Shown one piece after another: positions 21,871 to 32,092 of a stretch of DNA of 64,000 nucleotides. Source of the DNA: an uncultured beta proteobacterium (GTDB taxonomy: Bacteria > Pseudomonadota > Gammaproteobacteria > Burkholderiales > Burkholderiaceae_E); the NCBI GenBank assembly GCA_963696745.1, contig CAVOLL010000002.1:844171-908170 (forward strand), read 5' to 3'. Below the pieces are notes generated by a model. The model did not search any database. It was given only the letters and a program-made list of their open reading frames with translations, and had not been told where the DNA came from. Within the stretch, counting starts at the first letter, position 1, and every line of letters starts with the position of its first letter. The position numbers and the translations under genes are program-made.

Positions 21871-22514
21871 GCGATTCGCCGGTTCGCAAGCGCCGCGACC
21901 GCGACGCGACCCGCGCGCGCATCCTCAAGGCCGGCATCGCCGAGTTCGCCCGCCACGGCTTCGCCGGGGCGCGCGGCGAGCGCATCGCGCAGCGCGCGCG
22001 CTCGAGCGAGCGGATGGTCTACTACTACTTCGGCAGCAAGGATGGCCTGTTTCGCGCCGCGCTCGAATCGGTCTACGCGGCGCTGCGCGACGCCGAGGGC
22101 GCGCTCGAACTCGACGAACTGAGCCCGCAGGCCGGCCTCGAGGCGTTCTGCCGGTTCGTCTGGCGCCACTACAGCGAGCACCCGGAGTTCATCAGCCTCG
22201 TCAACACCGAGAACCTGCACCACGCGCGCCACCTGCGAAAGTCCCAGCGGCTCGACGAACTGGTCTCGCCGGTGATCGGGATGCTGTCGCAACTGCTCGA
22301 TCGCGGCGAGCGAGACGGCGTCTTTCGCTCCGGGATCGATTCGGTCGAGTTGTACCTGAGCGTCGCCTCGCTCGGGTACTTCGTACTGTCGAACCAGCAC
22401 ACGCTCTCGGCAGTGCTCGGCCGCGACCTGCGCGACCCTGAGGTGCTCGAGCGCCACTGGCGCACCAGCGTGCAGGTCGTGCGTCGCTACGTGTGCGCCG
22501 GGCCCGAAGGCTAG
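21867..22514 (+). CDS. TetR family transcriptional regulator (probable cluster repressor)
   Basis: RDRDATRARILKAGIAEFARHGFAGAR...MVYYYFGSKDGLF, LVNTENLH; GTG overlaps the ena stop. Confidence 0.88.
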   Translation: MSDSPVRKRRDRDATRARILKAGIAEFARHGFAGARGERIAQRARSSERMVYYYFGSKDGLFRAALESVYAALRDAEGALELDELSPQAGLEAFCRFVWRHYSEHPEFISLVNTENLHHARHLRKSQRLDELVSPVIGMLSQLLDRGERDGVFRSGIDSVELYLSVASLGYFVLSNQHTLSAVLGRDLRDPEVLERHWRTSVQVVRRYVCAGPEG

Positions 22515-22523
22515 AATGCGGCG

Positions 22524-23710
22524 ATGATCATCGACTCGCTGCTCGACACCGACCTGTACAAGTTCACGATGATGCAGGTCGTGCTGCACCAGTTCCCCGG
22601 CGCGCAGGTCGAATACCGGTTCAAGTGCCGCAACGCCGGCGTCGACCTGGTGCCCTACATCGACGAGATCCAGCGACGAGATCGAGCACCTGTGCTCGCT
22701 GCGCTTCACCGAGCGCGAACTCGACTACCTGCGCGGCCTGCGCTTCATCAAGAGCGACTTCGTCGATTTTCTCGGCCTGTTCCAGATGAACCGCAAGTAC
22801 ATCTCGGTGCAACGCCTCGCAAGCGGCGCCGGGCGAGATCGACATCGTCATCAAGGGTCCCTGGCTGCACACGATCCTGTTCGAGATCCCGGTGCTCGCG
22901 ATCGTCAACGAGATCTACTTTCGCGAACACCGTGGCCGATCCGGACTACGACGAGGGCCGGCGTCGCCTGCGACACGAAGATCGCGCTGATCCGCGACCG
23001 GCGCGACCTCGACGGCATCCGCATCGCCGACTACGGCACGCGGCGCCGCTTCTCGCGCGTCTGGCACGACGAGGTGCGTCCGTCACCTGCAAGGGCGGGC
23101 TCGGCGCCGAGCTTCGCCGGCACCTCCAACGTGATGTACGCGATGCAGCGACGGCGTGCTGCCGCTCGGGCACGATGGCGCACGAGTACCTGCAGGCCTG
23201 CCAGGCGCTCGGTCCGCGACTGCGCGATTCGCAGGTGTTCGGTTTCGAGTCGTGGGCGCAGCGAGTACCGCGGCGACCTCGGCATCGCGCTGTCGGACGT
23301 CTACGGTTTCGACGCGTTCCTGCGCGACTTCGACATGTACTTCTGCAAGCTGTTCGACGGCGCGCGGCACGATTCGGGCGACCCCTTCGACTGGGGCGAG
23401 CGGCTGATCGCGCACTACGAGTCCAACCGCGTCGACCCGCGATCCAAGACGCTGGTGTTCTCCGACGCGCTCACCTTCCCGCTGATGGCATCAGCTGTAC
23501 GTGCGCTTCAAGGATCGCGCCAAGGTCGCGTTCGGCATCGGCACCAACCTGACCAACGACCTCGGCTACACGCCGCTGCAGATCGTCATCAAGATGGTCC
23601 GCTGCAACGGCCAGCCGGTGGCCAAGCTCTCGGACACCCCGGCCAAGAACATGTGCGACGACGAGGCCTACGTGCAGTACCTGCGCCAGGTGTTCGAGAT
23701 CCCGGCCTGA
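22524..23710 (+). CDS. pncB: nicotinate phosphoribosyltransferase (frameshifted)
   Basis: [60 protein letters not shown]. Confidence 0.93.
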
Positions 23711-23743
23711 CTATAATCTTCCAGGCGCAATCGCTACCACGAC

Positions 23744-24406
23744 ATGGATACATCACACGCGCGATCCAGAATCCTCGCGAGAGTCCGAGCGGCGCAGGGG
23801 CGGGGAACGGGCGTGTCGCGGGAGCAGCGCGACGCGGTCGAGGCCTACATCGCGCGCGCCACGCGCGGGCCGCAGCCCGGCGTCGGCGCCGATCTGGTCG
23901 CGCACTTCGAGTTGCAGGCGCAACGCATGCAGAGCACGACCGACCGGGTGCCGGACGAGGCGCGGGTACCCGCGGCGGTCGCGCGCTTCCTGCAAGCCAA
24001 CGCGCTGGCGCCGGTCGCGGTCTGCTGGCAGACGCTGGCCACGCTCGATTGGGCCGCCGCGGGTCTCGAGATCGAGATGCGCGCGCCGCGCGACGAGGAC
24101 CTGGTCGGCATCACCGGAGCGTTCGCAGCGGTCGCCGAAACCGGGACGCTCGTGCTGCTCTCGGGGCCGCAGACACCGACCTCGATGCACCTGTTGCCCG
24201 AGACGCACGTGGCGATCGTTCCGGCGTCGCGCGTCGTCGCGCACTACGAGGACGCGTTCGACCGCGTGCGAAGCGAGGCGGGCGGCGTGCCGCGCGCGAT
24301 CAACCTGGTGTCGGGGCCCTCGCGCACCGGCGACATCGAGCAGACAATCGTCGTCGGCGCGCACGGCCCGTACCGGGTGCACATCGTGATCGTCGAGAAC
24401 GCGTAG
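23744..24406 (+). CDS. LUD domain protein (LutC/YkgG family)
   Basis: [42 protein letters not shown]. Confidence 0.9.
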   Translation: MDTSHARSRILARVRAAQGRGTGVSREQRDAVEAYIARATRGPQPGVGADLVAHFELQAQRMQSTTDRVPDEARVPAAVARFLQANALAPVAVCWQTLATLDWAAAGLEIEMRAPRDEDLVGITGAFAAVAETGTLVLLSGPQTPTSMHLLPETHVAIVPASRVVAHYEDAFDRVRSEAGGVPRAINLVSGPSRTGDIEQTIVVGAHGPYRVHIVIVENA

Positions 24407-24419
24407 GAAGCCGAAACCG

Positions 24420-25391
24420 ATGAGTTCAGACAAACCGAGCGTGCTGGTCACCCGAAAGGTGTTCGCCGAAGTGATCGACCGGCTCAAGACACGGTTCGAG
24501 GTCGCCGCCAACCAGGACGACGAGATCTGGAGCCGCGAGGCCCTGCTCGAGCGCGCGCGTGGCAAGGACGCGCTCTACGTCGTCGCGTCGGACCGCGTCG
24601 ACGGCGAACTGCTCGACGCCGCCGGGTCGGTGCGCATCGTCGCCACCGGTTCGGTCGGATTCAATCACATCGACATCGACGCCTGCCGCGCACGCGAAGT
24701 GATCGTCACCAACACGCCCGACGTGCTCACCGAAGCGACCGCCGACATGGCCTGGACGCTGCTGATGGCGGCGGCGCGGCGAGTCTCGGAGTCCGAGCGG
24801 TGGCTGCGCGAAGGGCAGTGGAAGCGCTGGGCCTGGGACCAGTTCCTCGGGCAGGACGTCTTTCGCGCCACGATCGGGATCCTCGGCATGGGCCGGATCG
24901 GCTCGGCGATCGCGAGGCGCGCGCGCGGCTTCGAGATGCGCGTCCTCTACAGTAACCGCAGCGTGGCGGCGAACGAGCAGGAGCTGGGCGCGACGCGGGT
25001 CGATCGCGAGCAGTTGCTGCGCGAGTCCGACCACGTCGTCCTGGTGCTGCCGTATTCGAGCGAGACCCACCACCTGATCGGCGCGAAGGAGATCGCGCTG
25101 ATGAAGCGCACCGCGACGCTGGTCAACATCGCGCGCGGCGGGATCGTCGACGACGCTGCGCTCGCCGCCGCGCTCTCGGCCGGCACGATCGCCGCCGCCG
25201 GGCTGGACGTCTACGAAAACGAGCCGCAGCTGCACCCGGCGTTGCTCGAGGTGCCCAATGTCGTGATCACGCCGCACCTTGGAAGCGCGACGCGCAGTTC
25301 GCGCCTTGCGATGGCGATGCTCGCGGCGGACAATCTGGTCGCCTGGGCACAGGGCGACGAACTGCCCACGCCGCTGGTGATGCCGTCCTAG
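24420..25391 (+). CDS. D-2-hydroxyacid dehydrogenase (glyoxylate/hydroxypyruvate reductase family)
   Basis: [49 protein letters not shown]. Confidence 0.9.
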   Translation: MSSDKPSVLVTRKVFAEVIDRLKTRFEVAANQDDEIWSREALLERARGKDALYVVASDRVDGELLDAAGSVRIVATGSVGFNHIDIDACRAREVIVTNTPDVLTEATADMAWTLLMAAARRVSESERWLREGQWKRWAWDQFLGQDVFRATIGILGMGRIGSAIARRARGFEMRVLYSNRSVAANEQELGATRVDREQLLRESDHVVLVLPYSSETHHLIGAKEIALMKRTATLVNIARGGIVDDAALAAALSAGTIAAAGLDVYENEPQLHPALLEVPNVVITPHLGSATRSSRLAMAMLAADNLVAWAQGDELPTPLVMPS

Positions 25392-25457
25392 AGCTTCGCG
25401 TTCGCGCCGTGCGATCGATCATCCGGCGCGAGCGCGCCGTTCGAGCAGGGGGAAGCG

Positions 25458-25733
25458 ATGTCCGAGATCAAGTTGCACCGCAAGCACACGATCGGCCTGA
25501 AAAAGGCCAAGGTCGCCGCGCAGAAGGTCGCCGACGACCTCGCCCAGGAGTACGGCATCGACAGCCGCTGGCAGGGCGACGTTCTCAGGTTCTCGCGCAG
25601 CGGCGTGGACGGCGAACTGAAGGTGAGCAAGGACCAGGTCGTGCTCAACGCCAAGCTCGGCTTCCTGCTCTCGGCATTCCGGTCGAAGATCGAGGAACAC
25701 GTCAACGACAACTTCGACCGGTACTTCGTCTAG
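25458..25733 (+). CDS. polyhydroxyalkanoic acid system protein (PHA_gran_rgn family)
   Basis: 91 aa; I.LHRKHTIGL..A...A.DLAQEYGI...WQGDVLRFSRSGVDG...LGFLLSAF. Confidence 0.85.
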   Translation: MSEIKLHRKHTIGLKKAKVAAQKVADDLAQEYGIDSRWQGDVLRFSRSGVDGELKVSKDQVVLNAKLGFLLSAFRSKIEEHVNDNFDRYFV

Positions 25734-25738
25734 CGCGA

Positions 25739-25996
25739 CTAGTCCTTCAGGCCTTCGACCAGGTCCACGTACTGCTGCATCGCGGCCTCGGAGGCCGTGC
25801 CCTTGAGTTCGTTCCACGCGTCCCACTTCGCGCGACCGATCATGTCGCTGAATCCGGGGCGCTTGCCGTCGGCGTCGCCTGAGCTGGCCTGCTTGTACAG
25901 CGCATAGAGCTTGAGCATCGTCGAGTTGTCGGGCCGTTCGCTCAGGTTCTTCGAATCGGCCACCGCCTTCTCGAAGGCTTTCTTCATGTCGGCCAT
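25739..25996 (-). CDS. acyl-CoA-binding protein
   Basis: FEKAV...PDNSTMLKLYALYKQASSGD...RPG...AKWDAW...AMQQY; SD GGAGAG and an upstream TATAAT. Confidence 0.93.
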   Translation of the reverse strand: MADMKKAFEKAVADSKNLSERPDNSTMLKLYALYKQASSGDADGKRPGFSDMIGRAKWDAWNELKGTASEAAMQQYVDLVEGLKD

Positions 25997-26084
25997 CGTC
26001 TTCTCTCCGGTTGTTGGGGGTGAGGCTATTATAGGGACCGGGTCCGCGCGGCAGCGGGCGACGCGAAGCGGTAGCGGGGGAGCG

Positions 26085-27671
26085 ATGGCGCGGGAACGGA
26101 TGTCGGCGGTCGACACTGCCTGGTTGCGGATGGACAGTCCGGTCAACCTGATGATGATCGTCGGCGTCGAGGTGTTCGACAGCCCGATCGCTTACGACGA
26201 GCTGAGCGCAAGTCTGGGCGAGAGGTTGCTCGCCTACGACCGCTTCCGCCAGCGCGTGGTGCCCGAGGGCGACGGGTACTTCTGGGAGAACGACGAGCGC
26301 TTCAGCCTCTCGCGTCACGTGCGCAAGGTGAAGCTGCGCGGCAAGGCCGACGACAAGGCGCTGCAGAAACTGGTCGGACGCCTCGCCGGCGAGGCGCTCG
26401 ATCCGCAGCACCCGCTCTGGCGCTTCGACCTGGTCGAGAACTACCGCGGCGGGCGCGCGGTGATCGTGCGCATCCACCACTGCATCGCCGACGGGATCGC
26501 GCTGGTGCGCGTGATGCTGTCGATGGGCGACGACCCGCAGGCCGCCCCGGCGGGGGCGGCGGGCGGCGACGCCGACGGCCCGGAAGCTGACGGGCGCGAC
26601 GACGATCACGGCGGCGCGCAGCGCGGCGCGCAGGCGCGCGCCGGCGCCGGCGCCGCGAGCTCCGTGCCGGTGTCGGGCGGCGCGCTCGAGCCGTACATCG
26701 GCCCGGCACTGCGCGCTGCGGAACTGGTCGGCGGCGCGCTCGGGCAGACGCTGGAGATCGCGTCCGACGGCAACGCGCGCGACGCGGTCGCGACGCTGGC
26801 CGGACGCGTCGTGATGGACGCGCTCAAGATCGGGCTGATGATGGAAGACTCGCCGACCAGCCTCAAGGGCCGGCCGCAGGGCGTCAAGGCGGTCGCGTGG
26901 AACGAGCCGATGCCGCTCGTCGAGGTCAAGGCGGTGTGCAGGGTGCTCGGCGTGTCGGTCAACGACATCCTTCTCTCGGGCGTCGCGGGGGCGGTGCACC
27001 GCTACCTCGAACAACGCGGCGAGGACACGCACGGCAAGGAGCTGCGCGCGATGGTGCCGGTGAACCTGCGCGGCGCCGACGAGCCGCCGAGTCTGGGCAA
27101 TCGCTTCGGTCTGGTTCCGCTCACGCTTCCGATCGGCATCGGAAATCCGATCGAACGCGTGTTCGAGGTGCGCCGGCGCATGAGCGAACTGAAGGAGGGC
27201 TACCAGGGACCGATCGCGTTCGCGATCCTCAACGCGATCGGGATGGCGCCGCGCGCGGTGCAGAAGTTCGTGCTCGACTATCTGGCGCAAAAGGGCACGG
27301 CGGTCATGACCAACGTCCCCGGGCCGCAGAAGGCGATCAGAATTTTCGGCCGCCGGCTCGAGCGGGTGATGGTCTGGGTGCCGCAGTCGGGCGACATCGG
27401 AGTGGGTGTGTCGATCCTCTCGTACGATGGCGGCGTGCAGTTCGGCCTGATCACCGACACTGCGCTTTGCGCAGAGCCGCAGTCGATCATCGATCAGTTC
27501 CAGCCCGAGTTCGAACGGCTGCTCCTCACGCTGTCGATGCTTCCGCGCGAACTGATCGAGGTCGGGCTGGACCCGCGTGAAGTCGAGCGCCGCCTGTTCG
27601 CGAAGTCCGCGCGACGCACGCGAAAGCGCGCGCCGGTCGCGTCGCGGGCGCGGGCGCGGGCGCGAGCCTGA
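26085..27671 (+). CDS. wax ester synthase / diacylglycerol acyltransferase (WS/DGAT)
   Basis: MSAVDTAWLRMD, PLW, catalytic HHCIADG, SVNDILL, VPVNLR, LGNRFG, TNVPGP, LSYDG. Confidence 0.93.
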   Translation: MARERMSAVDTAWLRMDSPVNLMMIVGVEVFDSPIAYDELSASLGERLLAYDRFRQRVVPEGDGYFWENDERFSLSRHVRKVKLRGKADDKALQKLVGRLAGEALDPQHPLWRFDLVENYRGGRAVIVRIHHCIADGIALVRVMLSMGDDPQAAPAGAAGGDADGPEADGRDDDHGGAQRGAQARAGAGAASSVPVSGGALEPYIGPALRAAELVGGALGQTLEIASDGNARDAVATLAGRVVMDALKIGLMMEDSPTSLKGRPQGVKAVAWNEPMPLVEVKAVCRVLGVSVNDILLSGVAGAVHRYLEQRGEDTHGKELRAMVPVNLRGADEPPSLGNRFGLVPLTLPIGIGNPIERVFEVRRRMSELKEGYQGPIAFAILNAIGMAPRAVQKFVLDYLAQKGTAVMTNVPGPQKAIRIFGRRLERVMVWVPQSGDIGVGVSILSYDGGVQFGLITDTALCAEPQSIIDQFQPEFERLLLTLSMLPRELIEVGLDPREVERRLFAKSARRTRKRAPVASRARARARA

Positions 27672-27687
27672 GGTCGCAGTGGACGAC

Positions 27688-28263
27688 ATGAGGACAGCCG
27701 GCGAGGTGCTCGAATTCTGGTTCGGGGCCCCGGGTTCCGGGCACGCGGGCAAGCCGCGCGCGCAGTGGTTCGCCAAGGACGCCGCGTTCGACGCGCAGAT
27801 ACGCGAGCGCTTCGGCGCGACGATCGCGCGCGCGCTCGCCGGCGATCTCGAGCACTGGGGCGAGGAACACGCTTCGGCGCTGGCGCTGATCGTCGTGCTC
27901 GACCAGTTCACCCGCAACGCGTTTCGCGACACGCCCCACGCGTTCTCCGGCGACACGCGCGCGCTCGCGCTGGCGCGCACGCTGGTCGATCGCGGATCGG
28001 ACGCGCGACTCGCGCCGCTCGAGCGCGTGTTCTGCTACCTACCGTTCGAACACTCCGAGGACATCGTCGACCAGTGCGAATCGCTGCGCCTGTTCGGGTT
28101 GCTGCGCGACGACCCGCAGGCCGGCGCCAACTACGAATGGGCGCTCAAGCACTACGACGTCGTCGAGCGCTTCGGGCGCTTTCCCCATCGAAACGAGATC
28201 CTCGGTCGCGACAGCACCGCGCAGGAGATCGAGTTCCTGCGCGAAGGTGGATCGCGCTTCTGA
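27688..28263 (+). CDS. DUF924 family protein
   Basis: VLEFWF, WFAKD..FD, LDQFTRNAFR, YLPFEHSE, FGRFPHRNEILGR. Confidence 0.92.
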   Translation: MRTAGEVLEFWFGAPGSGHAGKPRAQWFAKDAAFDAQIRERFGATIARALAGDLEHWGEEHASALALIVVLDQFTRNAFRDTPHAFSGDTRALALARTLVDRGSDARLAPLERVFCYLPFEHSEDIVDQCESLRLFGLLRDDPQAGANYEWALKHYDVVERFGRFPHRNEILGRDSTAQEIEFLREGGSRF

Positions 28264-28279
28264 CCGAACGAGACGAGCA

Positions 28280-28729
28280 ATGAGACAACTCTGGATCTTC
28301 CTGCACCTGATCTCGGTCGTGGTCTGGGTGGGCGGGATGTTCTTCGTCCACCACTGCCTGCGTCCGGCGATCCTCTCGCTCGCGCCGCCCCAGCGCCTGG
28401 CGCTGATGCGCGACACGCTGTCGCGCTTCTTCTCCTACGTCAACGTCGCGCTGCTCGTGTTGTGGGCGAGCGGCCTGGCGATGTTCGTCGACACCGGCTT
28501 CGGCGCGGCGCCTGCGGCCTGGCACCTGATGACAACGATCGCCTTCGTCATGTCCGTCGTCTACGCCGTCATCCGGGTCGATCGATTCCCGAAGTTCGGC
28601 GCCGCGGTGCTCGCGGCGGACTGGCCCGCGGCGGCGGCCGTACTCGGCGCGATCCGGCTGCTGGTGACGGTCAACCTGTGGCTGGGCCTGTTCACGATCG
28701 CCGTCGCCACGCTCGGAAGGCTCCTCTGA
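28280..28729 (+). CDS. CopD/DUF2269-like four-helix membrane protein
   Basis: FLHLISVVVWVGGMFF...LRPA, IRLLVTVNLWLG; four hydrophobic segments. Confidence 0.75.
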   Translation: MRQLWIFLHLISVVVWVGGMFFVHHCLRPAILSLAPPQRLALMRDTLSRFFSYVNVALLVLWASGLAMFVDTGFGAAPAAWHLMTTIAFVMSVVYAVIRVDRFPKFGAAVLAADWPAAAAVLGAIRLLVTVNLWLGLFTIAVATLGRLL

Positions 28730-31700
28730 GTGCCGTTGCGCATCGTCTACGACGATCGGCTCGAGCAACTCGCCGACGCGTTGATCGGGTGGTTCGCGCG
28801 CCCGCGCCAGCGTGACGCGCTCGCGCAGGACACCGTGGTCGTTCCCGATCTGGGAACCGGGCGCTGGGTCGCGCAGCGAATCGCCCTTGCGCAGGGCGTG
28901 TGCGCGCGGGTGCGCTTCGAGTTGCCGGGACGCTTCTTCTGGCGCACGCTCGGCGAGCTGATCCCCGAGCTTCCCGCGCGCTCGCCGTTCGAGCCGCAAT
29001 CGGCGCGCTGGAGCATCCTGCAACTGTTCGATCGCACCGAGGGGGTCGCCGAGTGCCTGACGCTGCACCGTCGCGTGCGCGGTGCGGCGATCGCCGATCG
29101 ACTGGCGCTCGCGGGCGAGATCGCCGCGCAGTTCGAGCGCTACCTGGTGCTGCGCAGGGACTGGCTCGACCGATGGCAGGCGGGCAGGTGGGCGCAGGGC
29201 GCCGCGCCGATCGATCGGCACGAGGCCTGGCAACGGTGGTTGTGGCGCGAATTGCTTTCGCGCCTGCCCGACGTCTCGCGTACCCACCCCTACGAGCGCC
29301 TCGACGCGGCGCTGGCGGAGATGTCCGACGCGAAGCGGCGCGCCTTCGCCGAGCAATCCGTCGGCCTGATCGCGACTGCCGCGCTGTCGCGCGAGCAAAT
29401 GGACGTGCTCGCGCGGCTCTCGCGGTACACCGAGGTCGCGGCTTTCGTTCCCGACCCGTGTCGCGAGATGTGGTCGGACCTGGTCGACCCGAAGTCGCGT
29501 GCGCGAATCGAAGCCGAACGCCCCGATCTCGCGTGGCTCTACGAGGACGAACCTCAGGTGCTCGGCCTTTGGGGGCGCGCGCAGCGCGACCGCGTCGCGC
29601 AGTGGCAGTTGCTCGAAGACCGCTGGGGCGTGCAGTCCGAGGCGCCGTTTCGCGACCGCGCGCATCGGCTCGACGCGCTGTGCATGCCGTCGGCTGCCGA
29701 GGTCGAGGTGCCCGCAGAGTCGCCCGCGGAACTCCCCGCCGAGTCGTCCGCCGAAGTTTCCGCCGATTCCCCCGAGCGCGACCTCACCCGGCTGTCGGCG
29801 CTACACACGTCGATCTTGCTGCGCAGCGACCGGCCGTGGGCATTGCTCGCCGATCCGATCGAAGACGCCTCGATCCAGTTGCACGCGACCCACGGCGCGG
29901 TGCGCAGCGCCGAAGTCCTGCACGACCGGTTGCTGGATTGCTTTGCGACGATGCCCAACCTGCGCCCCGACCAGGTGATCGTGTTCTGCGCCGACCTCGA
30001 GGACGCCGCCGACGCGATCGAGTCGGTGTTCGCGTCGGCGCCGCCGCAACGCGTCGTGCCGATCGCGGTGAGCGCGCGGCGTGCGCGCGCAGATCCGATG
30101 CAGCGCGCCGCGCTCGAGTTGCTCGAATTCGCGCGCGCCGGGGCGACCCTGGCGGCGCTCGAACAGTGGCTCGCGAACCCGCTGGTGCTCGAAGTGCTGT
30201 CGCTCGACCCGCAGCAGGCGGGCGACCTGCTCGCCGCCTGTGAAACCGCCGGCGTGCACTGGGGCCTGGACGAGGACGCCGGCCCGCCGAAACACAATTG
30301 GCGTGCCGGCCTCGCCCGCCTCGTGCTGGGCGCGGCGCTCGGTGGGGCAATGGCGCAGGTCGCCGGCGTTGCGCCGACCGCCGGCTTGCGGCGTGTCGGC
30401 TACGAGGCCTTCGAGCGATTGCTCGGCGTGCTCGACGCCGTGCGCGCCCTGCACGCGCTCGACCGCGCGCCGCGCCCGGTCGCGCACTGGTGCGCCGCCG
30501 CGCGCGACCTGTTCCAGGGCCTGTTCGGCAAGTCGCGACGCCACGCGGACGCGCTGGTGCGGCTGCTCGCGTCGCTCGACTCACTGCGTGATGGCGCGTC
30601 GTTCGAACCCGAGAGTGCGCTCGACGCGAGAGCCTTCCACCAGGCGCTGGTCGACGAACTCGATCGCGGCGCGGCGGCGGCGCTGCCCTCGGGCGCAGTG
30701 ACGGTCTGCCCGATCGGCGCGCTGCGAGCGGTCGGATTCCGGGTCGTCGCGTTGTTCGGGCTCGACGAGACTGCGTTTCCGCGTGCCGGAGCGCGCGGCG
30801 AGTTCGACCTGATCGCGGCCGCTCCGCGATTCGGCGATCGCGCGGGCGGCGTCGACGACCGCGGGGTCTTCCTCGACGCGGTGCTTGCCGCGCGCGAGCG
30901 TTTGATCGTGCTGTACACGGGCCGCGACCCGCGCGACGACACCGCGCGCAATCCGTCGACGCTGGTGAGCGAACTGCAGGCATACGTCAACGCGCGCCAG
31001 TGCGCGCAGTTCCGCCCGCTTCAGGCCGTCGTCCATCCGCTGCACCCGTTTTCCCCGCGCGCCTTCGCGAGCGCTAACGACGATCGCGCGCTTGTCTCGG
31101 CGAGTTTCGCCTCGCAATGGGAAGGTACGGCGCGTGCGCTGAGCGTTCCGCTGCACCGGCGCGGCGATCGCGTCGGCGCACTGCGAGGAGTCGAAGCGCT
31201 GCGACGCTCCGAGGCGGTACGAGGCCTCGAGGCGGCTTCACGCGACGCCGGCGCGGCGAGCGCCGGCGATCGGGCACACGACGCGTGCGCGCATGTGCCG
31301 CTCGACGCCACCGAACTCGACGCGCTTCGCGCTGCGCTGGCCGATCCGGCCAAAGCCTACCTGCGCGCGAAGTTCGGGGTGGCGCTGCCCTACGAACAAG
31401 GCGGCCCCCAGGATGTCGAGCCGCTCGTTCCCGACCCGGCGGGCGACCGGCACCTGGTCGACTCGGTCGCCCGGCGTCTGCTCGCGGGCGAAGAGGCGGC
31501 GGCGCTGCTGGCCGAACTGGAGGCGCTGGCGCAGACCGCCGCGGGCGCGGGCGGCGAGGTGCACGCGCGCACGATCCTCGCGAGCGCGCAGGCGCTGTCG
31601 CAGCGTGCCGCCGCGCTCGCGTCGCTCGCCGTGCCCGGTGCGCCGGTCACGGTATCGGCGTACAAGCTCGGGATGCACGCCCTGATCGGCGCCTGGCTCG

Positions 31701-32092
31701 TTCACGCAGAATGGGCGGCGCGCCGCGGCCTGTCCGATCGCGAGGGCGAGCCACCCGCGTCGTACCTCGTCACGCCCGACGCGTGCGTCACGGTGCGTGT
31801 CGCAGACCCGCGCGCCGCGATCGCGCACGCACGCGCGAGCGTCATGCGCATCACCGAGCATCCGCTCGCGCTGTTTCCGCGCACCGCGCGCGAGATCCTG
31901 AGTGGCTCCAGCGCGCAGAAGGTGCACGACACGCTGCTTGGCAGCGAGAGCGGCTGGACCTCCGGCGAGATCGAGCGGCCATGGAACGCGGCGCTGCATC
32001 GCGACGCCGTCCCGTCGATCGACGAGGTGACGGCGGCGGCGCGCGAGGTCTACGCGCCGATCCTCGCCGATTGCGCGATCGGCAAGCCATGA
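28730..32092 (+). CDS. recC: exodeoxyribonuclease V gamma subunit
   Basis: 1120 aa; RLEQLA, VVVP..G..RW, PDPCREMWSD, AEVLHDRLL, DDRGVFLDAVLAARERL, PLHPFSPRAF; first gene of recCBD. Confidence 0.85.
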   Translation: MPLRIVYDDRLEQLADALIGWFARPRQRDALAQDTVVVPDLGTGRWVAQRIALAQGVCARVRFELPGRFFWRTLGELIPELPARSPFEPQSARWSILQLFDRTEGVAECLTLHRRVRGAAIADRLALAGEIAAQFERYLVLRRDWLDRWQAGRWAQGAAPIDRHEAWQRWLWRELLSRLPDVSRTHPYERLDAALAEMSDAKRRAFAEQSVGLIATAALSREQMDVLARLSRYTEVAAFVPDPCREMWSDLVDPKSRARIEAERPDLAWLYEDEPQVLGLWGRAQRDRVAQWQLLEDRWGVQSEAPFRDRAHRLDALCMPSAAEVEVPAESPAELPAESSAEVSADSPERDLTRLSALHTSILLRSDRPWALLADPIEDASIQLHATHGAVRSAEVLHDRLLDCFATMPNLRPDQVIVFCADLEDAADAIESVFASAPPQRVVPIAVSARRARADPMQRAALELLEFARAGATLAALEQWLANPLVLEVLSLDPQQAGDLLAACETAGVHWGLDEDAGPPKHNWRAGLARLVLGAALGGAMAQVAGVAPTAGLRRVGYEAFERLLGVLDAVRALHALDRAPRPVAHWCAAARDLFQGLFGKSRRHADALVRLLASLDSLRDGASFEPESALDARAFHQALVDELDRGAAAALPSGAVTVCPIGALRAVGFRVVALFGLDETAFPRAGARGEFDLIAAAPRFGDRAGGVDDRGVFLDAVLAARERLIVLYTGRDPRDDTARNPSTLVSELQAYVNARQCAQFRPLQAVVHPLHPFSPRAFASANDDRALVSASFASQWEGTARALSVPLHRRGDRVGALRGVEALRRSEAVRGLEAASRDAGAASAGDRAHDACAHVPLDATELDALRAALADPAKAYLRAKFGVALPYEQGGPQDVEPLVPDPAGDRHLVDSVARRLLAGEEAAALLAELEALAQTAAGAGGEVHARTILASAQALSQRAAALASLAVPGAPVTVSAYKLGMHALIGAWLVHAEWAARRGLSDREGEPPASYLVTPDACVTVRVADPRAAIAHARASVMRITEHPLALFPRTAREILSGSSAQKVHDTLLGSESGWTSGEIERPWNAALHRDAVPSIDEVTAAAREVYAPILADCAIGKP

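Noticed and set aside
8804-22514. nic cluster as a mobile genomic island
   Set aside because: No integrase, transposase, tRNA or flanking repeats, and base composition looks like the surroundings.
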